32,000 nucleotides of DNA from Longivirga aurantiaca (lineage in GTDB: Bacteria > Actinomycetota > Actinomycetes > S36-B12 > CAIYMF01): the NCBI RefSeq assembly GCF_042660085.1, contig NZ_JBHSTI010000002.1, positions 240,001 through 272,000 on the forward strand, written 5' to 3'. Shown one piece after another: positions 24,184-32,000 of this stretch (the first letter of the stretch is position 1; each line of letters begins with the position of its first letter). The position numbers and the translations under genes are program-made. The notes below the pieces were generated by a model, which saw only the letters and a list, made by a program, of their open reading frames with translations, did no database searches and was not told the DNA's origin.

Positions 24184-25266
24184 TCACCCGATGGCGGCGA
24201 CTGCTGCCTGCACCTTGGTCAGGAGGTCGCCGCTGATCGGCACGTAGCCGATCTCCGTGAGCACGGCCTGGCCGTCGTTCGAGGCGGTGTAGGTCAGGAA
24301 CGACTTCGTCACCTCGAGGTCGGCGCCGGACAGGCCCTTCTCGCAGGTGATCTCGTAGGTCACGAGCACGATCGGGTAGCCCGTGGTGCCCTTGCGGTCG
24401 ATGTTGAGGGGCAGGTTGTTGCCGGTGCCCTCGATCGTGGCGGTGGCGATGGTGGTCGCCGCGTTGTCCGAGGTGGGCTCGATCGGGCCGTTGCCGTTGT
24501 CGATCCAGGCGGCCGACAGGCCGGCGTCCTGGGCGAACGAGAGCTCGACGTAGCCGATCGAGTTGGCGGTGCTCTTCACAGCGCTGGCGACGCCGTCAGA
24601 GCCCTTGGCGCCCTGGCCGCCGTCGGCCTCCCACGCCTTGCCGCCCTCGAAGTCCCAGGCGTCCTTGGCGATGAGGTACTTGATGAAGTTGTCGGTGGTG
24701 CCGGACTCGTCGCTGCGGTGGAACTGCGCGATGGTGGCGTCCGGAAGCGTCGCGCCCGAGTTGAGGGCGGCGATCTTCGGGTCGTTCCACTTGGTGATCG
24801 AGTTGTTGAAGATGCCGGCCAGCGTGGGCGCGTCGAGCACGAGCTTGTCGAGGCCCTCGACGTTGTAGACCACGGTGATGGCGCCGCCCACCATCGGGAT
24901 GTTCAGGGCGGGGCCGGTGGCGCAGCGGGCGTCAGCCTGGGGCTGCTCGTCCTCCTTGAGCGCCGAGTCGGAGCCGGCGAACGCGGTCTGCTTGTTCAGG
25001 AAGTCGGTGACGCCGGCGCCGGAGCCGGTCGCCTGGTAGTCGATGGTGGCGTCGGGGCACGCGGCGATGTAGGCGTTGACCCACTCGGCGATCGCGTTCT
25101 TCTGGGCGCTGGAGCCGGAGGCCTTGATCGAGCCGGTGGCGCACTCGATGCTGCCCGCGGGAGCGCTCGACGTCGTCGAACCGCCGCCGTCCGAACCGCA
25201 GGCGGTGAGCGCGAGGGCGCTGGTGAGGATGACGGCCGCAAGGCCGCTGGTGCGGGTGAGGGACAC
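24184..25266 (-). CDS. pstS: Phosphate-binding lipoprotein PstS
   Basis: Signal peptide with the lipobox LALTAC, a PBP-type sequence (ASGSSAQ, TGSGAG), and its position ahead of pstCAB. GGAGG lies 5 nt upstream of the GTG. Confidence 0.93.
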   Translation of the reverse strand: MSLTRTSGLAAVILTSALALTACGSDGGGSTTSSAPAGSIECATGSIKASGSSAQKNAIAEWVNAYIAACPDATIDYQATGSGAGVTDFLNKQTAFAGSDSALKEDEQPQADARCATGPALNIPMVGGAITVVYNVEGLDKLVLDAPTLAGIFNNSITKWNDPKIAALNSGATLPDATIAQFHRSDESGTTDNFIKYLIAKDAWDFEGGKAWEADGGQGAKGSDGVASAVKSTANSIGYVELSFAQDAGLSAAWIDNGNGPIEPTSDNAATTIATATIEGTGNNLPLNIDRKGTTGYPIVLVTYEITCEKGLSGADLEVTKSFLTYTASNDGQAVLTEIGYVPISGDLLTKVQAAVAAIG

Positions 25267-25337
25267 TCTGTCCTCCGTTTGTCCGGGACACTTCTGACAT
25301 CTCGACGCTAGGGAGGGCGGTTGACGGGCTCGGGGGT

Positions 25338-25359
25338 CGCAGGTGAACGGAAGGTGAAC
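25338..25359 (-). promoter_or_regulatory. PHO box: two tandem 11-nt direct repeat units (GTTCACCTTCC GTTCACCTGCG)
   Basis: On the minus strand GTTCACC recurs at exactly 11-nt periodicity, 72 to 93 nt upstream of the pstS start. This matches the actinomycete PhoP direct-repeat-unit core GTTCACC. A TAGCGT -10-like hexamer lies further downstream. Confidence 0.65.
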
Positions 25360-25399
25360 GCCCGTCGTACTCCCGGGGTCGGCGCGCCTATCGGCAGGG

Positions 25400-26332
25400 C
25401 TAGGTCTCGAAGCGGTCGATGGCCACGACCCGCCCGCCGGCGTCGCGGTGCACCACGATGCCGCTGCCGGGGGTCATGCGGGGGTTGAGCCTGCTCGGCA
25501 GCTTGCCGTTGTCGAGCCTCAGCCCGAGCGCGTCGGCGACCGCCCCCAGTACCACGCCCATGACGGGACGATGGGTGCACCAGACGGCGGGGACGTCGAG
25601 CGCCAGGAGGTCGGTGACCACGGACGCCGCCGCGGCCGGGTCCTCGCGGCAGCCCTCCTCGCTCAGCTCGGGCTGCAGCCGGACCTGGCCGCCGAGGTAC
25701 TCGGCGTACGGCGCCACGGTGTCGCGGCACCGGCGCGACGACGACGAGACGACCAGCACCGGCGCGTAGGCCGCCAGCACGGCCGCGAGGCGCACTGCCT
25801 GCTCCACGCCGTACGGGTTGAGCGTGCGTTCGCTGTCGACCGCGGCGAGGGGGTCTCCCGATGCCTTCCAGACCGCCCGCTTGGTGGCCCGCGCGTGCCG
25901 CAGGACGATCGTCGGGAACGAGTCGGGCAGGGCCAGGGCGACGTCGACGAGCTCGCGGTCGTCGCGGTAGGTGAGGAGGTCGTGCGCCGCGTCGCGCCCG
26001 AGCCAGCGCAGCTCGTCGATCTCGGACGCAGGGTTGAGCGGGAACTCCTGCAGGACCGTCGCCCGCCAGTAGCGCACGCGCTTGGGGACGCCGGCCACCT
26101 CGTACTTCCGGCTGCCGAGCGAAGGGCCGAGGGCGCACCGGACGCCGGTCTCCTCGAACGTCTCGCGCACCGCCGCGACGTCGTGCCGCTCGCCGTCGTC
26201 GAGCTTGCCCTTGGGCAGGGACCAGTCCGATCGGTGCGGCCGGTGCACGACGGCGACCTCGGGGGCGTCGCCGCCGTGCCGCACCAGCACGACGCCGGCT
26301 GCCTCGACGCGGTTGGGCTTCGCCTTCGCCAC
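25400..26332 (-). CDS. mutT1: Nudix hydrolase fused to a histidine-phosphatase domain (MutT1-type)
   Basis: A complete Nudix box, GKLDDGERHDVAAVRETFEETGV. The C-terminal half has an RHA/RHG-type motif (IVLRHARATKR) and CTHRPV. The two-domain architecture and the position next to ppk1 match M. tuberculosis Rv2985/Rv2984. Confidence 0.8.
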   Translation of the reverse strand: MAKAKPNRVEAAGVVLVRHGGDAPEVAVVHRPHRSDWSLPKGKLDDGERHDVAAVRETFEETGVRCALGPSLGSRKYEVAGVPKRVRYWRATVLQEFPLNPASEIDELRWLGRDAAHDLLTYRDDRELVDVALALPDSFPTIVLRHARATKRAVWKASGDPLAAVDSERTLNPYGVEQAVRLAAVLAAYAPVLVVSSSSRRCRDTVAPYAEYLGGQVRLQPELSEEGCREDPAAAASVVTDLLALDVPAVWCTHRPVMGVVLGAVADALGLRLDNGKLPSRLNPRMTPGSGIVVHRDAGGRVVAIDRFET

Positions 26333-26336
26333 GCGG

Positions 26337-27332
26337 TCAGCCCCCCAGCGACCGTCGGAGGTCGCGGTGGCGGCGCCGGCTCGCGGCCCAGCCGTCCCGT
26401 GCCTCGGTCTGCGCCACCAGCTCGCGGTCGTGCGTCGAGGCGACGAACATGCCGCAGGTGAAGGCCTCCCCGGCCGACAGCGGCGCCGCGGGGTCGGCGA
26501 TGCGCGCGAGGACCAGCTCGCGCTGGACCACGGCGTCCTGCGCGGCTCCGAGCGGCTCGGTCACGTCGATCCAGAGCCTCGCGAGCTCCTGGGCGGGACG
26601 TCCGAGGGGTCCGATGCCGACCTCGGCCGCGTAGCGCGCCCGCTTTGCGGCGATGCGGGCGAGGTGCCAGGAGTCGGCGGGAGTCCGCTCGTCGAGGCTC
26701 TCGAACCGCGCGGCCGCCCGACGGTCGGCCTCGAGCACCCGCGGTGCGAGGACCTTGTGCGCGGGCTTGCGCGCCTTCGCGGTGAACAGGGGCTCGCGGG
26801 CGGTGCGCACGAGGTCGCGCCGCAGGGCCGAGGCACGGGCGGAGCGGACGTCGACGAGCGCGGCCGCGTGGCTGCCGGCACGGCGGGCCTGCAGCCACGG
26901 GACCACGGCGCCGGCCAGGGCCTCGAAGTCGGTGGCGGCGTCGTACTCCACGGGCCGAGTGGTGCCGGAGTCCGCGGCCAGCGACGTGAGGAGGCCGCCG
27001 AACACCTCGAGGTCGCGGGACGGCGACAGCAGGCCGGCGTACCAGCCGAGCTCTGCGCGCAGGCGCGTGGACGTGCCGCCCTGGAGCAGGTCGCCGTACA
27101 CCTTGAGGCCGGAGCGCAGCCGACGGGCCGAGACCCGCGCCTGGTGCACGGCCTCCTCGAGGTCGTCGTCGAGGCCTGCATCGGCGCGCAGCAGCGCACC
27201 GACGTGCTGGCGCAGGTGCGCCAGAACCGCCACACCGGCCGTGGAATGCGGGCCGACGGGCACGGGCGGCGGCAGGACGAGATCAGGGTCCGGCCGCACC
27301 CCTGCCCCCTGCCCCGTCGCCTCGTCGGTCAC
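26337..27332 (-). CDS. CHAD domain-containing protein
   Basis: An all-helical 331-aa product with CHAD-like repeats ([35 protein letters not shown]). Its GTG start overlaps the ppk1 stop (GTGA). The upstream 155 aa of the track ORF are a shadow of ppk1. Confidence 0.75.
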   Translation of the reverse strand: MTDEATGQGAGVRPDPDLVLPPPVPVGPHSTAGVAVLAHLRQHVGALLRADAGLDDDLEEAVHQARVSARRLRSGLKVYGDLLQGGTSTRLRAELGWYAGLLSPSRDLEVFGGLLTSLAADSGTTRPVEYDAATDFEALAGAVVPWLQARRAGSHAAALVDVRSARASALRRDLVRTAREPLFTAKARKPAHKVLAPRVLEADRRAAARFESLDERTPADSWHLARIAAKRARYAAEVGIGPLGRPAQELARLWIDVTEPLGAAQDAVVQRELVLARIADPAAPLSAGEAFTCGMFVASTHDRELVAQTEARDGWAASRRRHRDLRRSLGG

Positions 27333-29452
27333 GAGACGGCGCTCGACCGCCGGCTCTGGCGCGCGATCAGCGCGCTCTGGACGTCGACCAGCGGGGCGCC
27401 GTCGAGCCCGGTCGAGACCCTGGTCCACGTCCCGTCCGGGCCGAGGTGCCAGGTGCTCGTGCCCTCGTCGAACGCGAGGTCGAGCAGCGTCCCGAGGCCG
27501 GCCACGTGCTTCGGGCTGCCGAGGCGGACGAGCACCTCGATCCGGCGGTCGAGGTTGCGGTGCATGAGGTCGGCGGAGCCGATCCACACCTCCGGCTCGC
27601 CGCCGTTCTCGAAGCGGTAGATCCGCGAGTGCTCGAGGAACCGACCGAGGACGCTGCGGACGCGGATGTTGTCGGACATGCCGGGGACGCCCGGGCGCAG
27701 CGCGCAGATACCGCGCACCCACACGTCGACGGACACCCCGGCCTGGGACGCGCGGTAGAGCGCATCGATCGTGGCCTCGTCGACGATCGAGTTGCACTTG
27801 AACGTGATATGCGCCGGGCGCCCTTCGCGGTGGTGCTCGACCTCGCGCTCGATCCGCTCGACCAGGCCCGACCGCACCGAGTGCGGCGCTACGAGGAGCC
27901 GGCGGTACTCCGTCTCCATCGAGTAGCCCGAGAGCACGTTGAACAGGCGCGCGACGTCCTCGCCCACCTCGGGGTCGGTGGTGAGCAGACCGACGTCCTC
28001 GTAGAGCCGGGCCGTCTTCGGGTGGTAGTTGCCCGTGCCGATGTGGAGGTAGCGCCGGAGCTTGTCGCCGTCGTCGCGCACGACCATGGAGAGCTTGCAG
28101 TGCGTCTTGAGCCCGACCAGGCCGTAGACGACGTGGCAGCCCGCCTGCTCGAGCTTGCGGGCCCAGTCGATGTTGGCCTGCTCGTCGAAGCGCGCCTTGA
28201 TCTCGACGATCGCGAGGACCTGCTTGCCCTCCTCGGCCGCCGCCACCAGGGCGTCGACGATCGGCGAGTCGCCGCTCGTCCGGTAGAGCGTCTGCTTGAT
28301 CGCGAGGACCTTCGGGTCGGTCGCGGCCTGCTCGAGGAAGCGCTGCACGCTCGTCGAGAACGCGTCGTACGGGTGGTGCAGCAGGACGTCGTGGTCGCGC
28401 ATCGACTCGAGGACGTCGGGCGCCGACGCAGTGTCGACGTCGGTGAGCTCACGGCTCGTCCGCGGGAGGAACGCCGGCAGCTTGAGATCGTCGCGCGGCA
28501 GCCGGTCGACGGCCCAGAGTGCCGTGAGGTCGAGGAGCCCGGGGATCCGGACGACCTCCTCGCTGCCGATGCCGAGCTCGCGGATCAGGAGGTCGAGGAC
28601 GTGCGGATCGATCGACTGCGTGACCTCGAGCCGGACGGGCGGGCCGAAGCGGCGTCGCATGAGCTCGCGCTCGAGCGCCTGCAGGAGGTTCTCGGCGTCG
28701 TCCTCCTCGACCTCGAGGTCCTCGTTGCGGGTGACGCGGAACGTGTGGTGCTGCAGCACCTCCATGCCCGGGAACAGCTCGCCGAGGTGCGCGGCGATGA
28801 TGTCCTCGAGGGGGACGAAGCGCTGCGGCCCGACGACGACGAAGCGCTCGAGGATCGGCGGCACCTTCACGCGCGCGAACAGCTCGGTGCCGGTCGAGGG
28901 GTTGCGGACGACGACGGCGAGGTTGAGCGAGAGCCCGGAGATGTAGGGGAACGGGTGCGCCGGGTCGACCGCGAGCGGCGTGAGGACCGGGAACACCTTG
29001 TTCTTGAAGAACGACGTGAGCTGGTCGCGCTCGGCCTCGGAGGCCTCGTCCCACCGGAGCACCTCGATGCCCTCGGCCGCGAGCGCGGGCTCGATCTGTC
29101 CGTGGAAGAGCGCCGCCTGGCGCTGCATGAGGTCGGTGCTCTTGGCGTAGATGCCCTCGAGCACCTCGCGGGGCATCGAGCCGCTGGCCGCGCGGACGGC
29201 GATGCCGGTGGCGATGCGCCGCTTCAGACCGGCCACCCGGACCATGAAGAACTCGTCGAGGTTGCTCGCGAAGATGGCGAGGAACTTGGCGCGCTCGAGC
29301 AGCGGGAGCGTCGGGTCCTCGGCAAGCTCGAGCACGCGCTCGTTGAACGCCAGCCACGACAGCTCGCGGTCGAGGAAGCGGTCGTCGGGCAGCGGGGGCG
29401 CCGACGGCTCCTCAGGATGCGGGGACACCTCGGCGGTCAGGGGTGTCGTCAT
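27329..29452 (-). CDS. ppk: Polyphosphate kinase 1
   Basis: A 707-aa product with [19 protein letters not shown] at the N-terminus, the autophosphorylated-His region [12 protein letters not shown] and two PLD-like C-terminal domains. Confidence 0.95.
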   Translation of the reverse strand: MTTPLTAEVSPHPEEPSAPPLPDDRFLDRELSWLAFNERVLELAEDPTLPLLERAKFLAIFASNLDEFFMVRVAGLKRRIATGIAVRAASGSMPREVLEGIYAKSTDLMQRQAALFHGQIEPALAAEGIEVLRWDEASEAERDQLTSFFKNKVFPVLTPLAVDPAHPFPYISGLSLNLAVVVRNPSTGTELFARVKVPPILERFVVVGPQRFVPLEDIIAAHLGELFPGMEVLQHHTFRVTRNEDLEVEEDDAENLLQALERELMRRRFGPPVRLEVTQSIDPHVLDLLIRELGIGSEEVVRIPGLLDLTALWAVDRLPRDDLKLPAFLPRTSRELTDVDTASAPDVLESMRDHDVLLHHPYDAFSTSVQRFLEQAATDPKVLAIKQTLYRTSGDSPIVDALVAAAEEGKQVLAIVEIKARFDEQANIDWARKLEQAGCHVVYGLVGLKTHCKLSMVVRDDGDKLRRYLHIGTGNYHPKTARLYEDVGLLTTDPEVGEDVARLFNVLSGYSMETEYRRLLVAPHSVRSGLVERIEREVEHHREGRPAHITFKCNSIVDEATIDALYRASQAGVSVDVWVRGICALRPGVPGMSDNIRVRSVLGRFLEHSRIYRFENGGEPEVWIGSADLMHRNLDRRIEVLVRLGSPKHVAGLGTLLDLAFDEGTSTWHLGPDGTWTRVSTGLDGAPLVDVQSALIARQSRRSSAVS

Positions 29453-29510
29453 GGGTCAACCTTGCCAGACCCGGGTCGACGAGATCCGCAGAGAGCCGGA
29501 TCGACCCAGG

Positions 29511-30518
29511 TCAGGCGGGCGACGGCCCGGTCGTGAACTCCACGTCGATGTCCCAGCGCGTGAAGCCGAGGCTCTCGTACAGCCGGATCGCGCCCGTGTT
29601 GCTGGCGTCGACGTAGAGCATCGCGTCGGGCAGGCCCTTGCTGCGCAGGTGGGCGAGCCCCGCGAGGGTGAGGGCCCGCCCGAGACCCCGCCCAGTCTGG
29701 TCGGGGGCGACCCCGACGACGTAGACCTCGCCCATCGGCTCGTGCCCGTGGCCGAGCGTGTGCTGGGGGTCGTCGCTGTGGCCGTGGCTGTGGCCGGGCT
29801 CGTGGTCGTGGCCGCCGCCGTGGTGGTGGTCGGCGCCGTGGATCTTCGTCCAGTGAAAGCCCACCATCCGCTCGCCCTGCGGCCCGTCCTCCACCGCGAC
29901 CAGGAAGCCTGCGGCGTCGAACCACGGCTCCCGCATCCGGACGTGCAGGTCCTCGAGCGTCCACCCGCCCTGGTCGGGCAGGTCGACGAACGCCGCGGCG
30001 TTGAGCGCCAGCCACTCGTCGTCGTCCAGGCCGGGGAGGAACGAGCGCAGCCGGACGCCGTCGGGGAGGCTCGCCGCGGGGAGCGCTGCGAACAAGGAGC
30101 GGCGCATCTGCCACAGGACGCGGCTGCGGACGAACCCGAGCGAGGCCGCCAGCGGCGCGGCGCCCCCCTGCTCGCCGTGCGACCAGAGGCGCAGGCGCCC
30201 GTCCGGGCTCTCGTCCAGGAGGTGCTGCACGATGCCGTGCCCGACTCCCTGGCGGCGCGCGTCGGGGGTGACGGCGAGCTCCGCGCTCGACCCCGCGACC
30301 TTGTCGGTGACATCGAGGTGCGCGTAGCCGACGAGGCGGCCCTCGGACCGTGCCAGCACATGCCGGACGTCGACGTCGCCGCCGTACCGGAGGTGCAGCA
30401 TCACGTGCTCGGACAGCGGACGCGTGCCGTCGGACTCGGTGACCTGCTCGACGAGCAAGCCGACCTCACGCACGTCGGTCTCGTCGAGATGCCGGAGCAC
30501 CTCCCACTGCACATCCAC
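29511..30518 (-). CDS. mshD: Mycothiol synthase (tandem-GNAT acetyltransferase) with a His-rich insertion
   Basis: Two GNAT halves (RRQGVGHGIV and TGRGLGRALT acetyl-CoA loops), FHWTKIH ... GEVYVVGV, and the C-terminal LYVDASNTGAIRLYESLGF. It is adjacent to glnR, as in M. tuberculosis (Rv0819/Rv0818). Confidence 0.88.
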   Translation of the reverse strand: MDVQWEVLRHLDETDVREVGLLVEQVTESDGTRPLSEHVMLHLRYGGDVDVRHVLARSEGRLVGYAHLDVTDKVAGSSAELAVTPDARRQGVGHGIVQHLLDESPDGRLRLWSHGEQGGAAPLAASLGFVRSRVLWQMRRSLFAALPAASLPDGVRLRSFLPGLDDDEWLALNAAAFVDLPDQGGWTLEDLHVRMREPWFDAAGFLVAVEDGPQGERMVGFHWTKIHGADHHHGGGHDHEPGHSHGHSDDPQHTLGHGHEPMGEVYVVGVAPDQTGRGLGRALTLAGLAHLRSKGLPDAMLYVDASNTGAIRLYESLGFTRWDIDVEFTTGPSPA

Positions 30519-30573
30519 GCGCCGACCCTACGGGTCGTCCTCGCCCACGGCCCCCGCAGCAGCCCCGGGCGGG

Positions 30574-31299
30574 TCAGCCGACGGGCGCGGGCGACGGCTC
30601 GGGGACGACGCTGACCTCGTCGCGCGGCGGCGCGATCACGAAGCGGTAGCCGACGTTGCGCACGGTGCCGATGACCGACTCGTGCTCCGGGCCGAGCTTG
30701 GCGCGCAGGCGGCGGACGTGGACGTCCACGGTCCGCGTGCCGCCGAAGTAGTCGTAGCCCCAGACCTCCTGCAGCAGCTGGGCGCGGGAGAACACGCGGC
30801 CCGGGTGCTGGGCGAGGAACTTGAGGAGCTCGAACTCCTTGTAGGTGAGGTCGAGGATCCGGCCGCGGACCCGTGCGGTGTACGTGGCCTCGTCGATGGC
30901 GACGTCGCCGCTGCGGATCTCGTCCGGCACGTCGTCGTCGACGGCGCGGGCCAGCCGTCCGATCGAGAGGCGCAGGCGGGCGTCCACCTCGGCGGGACCG
31001 GCGGTCTCGAGCACGACGTCGTCGACGCCCCACTCGGCAGTGACACCGACGAGGCCGCCCTCGGTCGTGATGAGCAGGACGGGCACGTCGACACCGGTCG
31101 TGCGCAGGAGGCGCGTGAAGCTGCGCACCTGGGGCAGGTCGCGGCGGCCGTCGACCAGGATCGCGTCGCACGCAGGAGCGTCGAGCAGGGCGGTCGCCTC
31201 GGCAGGCAGGACGCGCACATGGTGCGACAGGAGGCCGAGCGCGGGGAGCACCTCGGACGAGGGCAGCAGGGCGTTGGTCAGCAGCAGCAACGTGGGCAC
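30574..31299 (-). CDS. glnR: Orphan atypical OmpR-family response regulator GlnR (global nitrogen regulator)
   Basis: (V)[23 protein letters not shown] ... [19 protein letters not shown] ... [52 protein letters not shown] is near-colinear with my recollection of actinomycete GlnR. GTG start with GGGAGGAGG 4 nt upstream; an alternative ATG lies at 31314. The upstream 213 aa of the track ORF were discarded. Confidence 0.85.
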   Translation of the reverse strand: MPTLLLLTNALLPSSEVLPALGLLSHHVRVLPAEATALLDAPACDAILVDGRRDLPQVRSFTRLLRTTGVDVPVLLITTEGGLVGVTAEWGVDDVVLETAGPAEVDARLRLSIGRLARAVDDDVPDEIRSGDVAIDEATYTARVRGRILDLTYKEFELLKFLAQHPGRVFSRAQLLQEVWGYDYFGGTRTVDVHVRRLRAKLGPEHESVIGTVRNVGYRFVIAPPRDEVSVVPEPSPAPVG

Positions 31300-31404
31300 G
31301 CGGCCTCCTCCCATCGGCGCCGGGGTCCGGGTTCTCCGGTCCTCAAAGCGCGTGAGGACCCGTACGGCGTCGTCGCCGGGGTCCTCGTGGGAGAGACTAG
31401 CAAG

Positions 31405-32000
31405 GTGGATCTGCGTCCCTCGTCCCGGCACCCCGTGCACCCGCCCGAGCGGGTCGTCACCCTGCTGACGGCCGACGGCCAGCGCGTGTCCGCGGCGTAC
31501 GACGCGCCCCTGCCCGGAGCGGTGGACGGGCTGACGATCGTGGTGGCCCACGGGTTCACCGGGAGCTGGCGGCGTCCGGACAACCGCGCGATCGCGCAGG
31601 CGCTCTCTGCCCACGCCGCCGTCGTCTCGTACGACGCGCGCGGGCACGGCCGGTCGTCCGGGGCGACGACGCTCGGCGACGACGAGGTGCTCGACCTGGA
31701 CGCCGTGGCGGCGTGGGCGCGCTGGCTCGGCGCGACGTCGGTGGCGACGGTCGGCTTCTCGATGGGCGGCTCGGTGGTGCTCCGGCACGCGGCGCTCACG
31801 GGCCGCTCGACCCGCGAGGGCGCCGACGCCGTCGTGTCGGTGAGCGCTGCGGGCTTCTGGTTCTACAAGGGCACGGCTCCGATGCGGCTCCTGCACACGG
31901 CGGTGGCCTCGCCCGTCGGCCGCGGGATCCTGCGGCACGGGTTCGGCACCCGGGTGACCGCCACCGAGTGGCAGGAGCCGTACCCGCTGTCGCCGTCGGA
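31405..32000 (+). CDS. Alpha/beta-fold hydrolase; the 3' end lies outside the window
   Basis: This ORF is absent from the track because it has no stop in the window. My hand translation is [35 protein letters not shown]...[11 protein letters not shown]...[11 protein letters not shown]...[11 protein letters not shown], with the nucleophile elbow GFSMGG and an HG oxyanion motif. The start is uncertain (GTG at 31405 or 31387). Confidence 0.65.
   Translation, partial: MDLRPSSRHPVHPPERVVTLLTADGQRVSAAYDAPLPGAVDGLTIVVAHGFTGSWRRPDNRAIAQALSAHAAVVSYDARGHGRSSGATTLGDDEVLDLDAVAAWARWLGATSVATVGFSMGGSVVLRHAALTGRSTREGADAVVSVSAAGFWFYKGTAPMRLLHTAVASPVGRGILRHGFGTRVTATEWQEPYPLSPS

Noticed and set aside
1-32000. 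A search for mobile-element or defence-island signatures: transposase, integrase or recombinase genes, CRISPR repeats, toxin-antitoxin pairs, restriction-modification genes and abrupt composition shifts.
   Set aside because: None was seen. Composition looks uniformly GC-rich, and every sizeable gene has a housekeeping or metabolic assignment or is a conserved-looking hypothetical. The only repeat family is the 115-bp pair reported above.

Overview
This is a very GC-rich, densely coding chromosomal segment. The gene content (mshD, glnR, a GlgM-type glgA, ppk1-mutT1 synteny) points to a mycothiol-producing member of the Actinomycetota. I support 32 protein-coding genes. I found no rRNA, intact tRNA, CRISPR array, transposase, integrase or phage genes. 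Many of the long ORFs in the six-frame track are GC-driven shadow frames or 5' over-extensions and were trimmed or discarded. From left to right the window contains: (1) a polyamine-type cluster of a PotA-like ABC ATPase (5' truncated), an FAD oxidoreductase and an aldehyde dehydrogenase. (2) A CPBP intramembrane protease and a PAC2-family protein. (3) An MFS transporter bracketed by two ~115-bp near-identical repeat copies in inverted orientation. (4) A translationally coupled pair of peptidase-S51/cyanophycinase-like paralogues, the first carrying a C-terminal domain that resembles the C-terminus of cysteinyl-tRNA synthetase. (5) A TetR regulator divergent from an NAD-epimerase-like gene and an MFS gene. 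(6) A DEAD-box helicase. (7) A glgA(glgM)-eamA-unknown operon divergent from glgC and an SDR gene. (8) A roughly 10-kb co-directional minus-strand phosphate/polyphosphate block, glnR-mshD-ppk1-CHAD-mutT1-[PHO box]-pstSCAB-Dabb. (9) A 3'-truncated alpha/beta hydrolase. The items most worth a second look are the stop-codon-adjacent inverted repeat pair around the MFS gene, the S51 pair with the CysRS-like tail, a His-rich insertion in MshD, and an uncharacterised 497-aa Rossmann-motif protein co-oriented with glgA/glgM. Nothing here looks like a canonical defence or mobile island. All functional calls rest on motif recognition by eye and recalled synteny, not on database searches.
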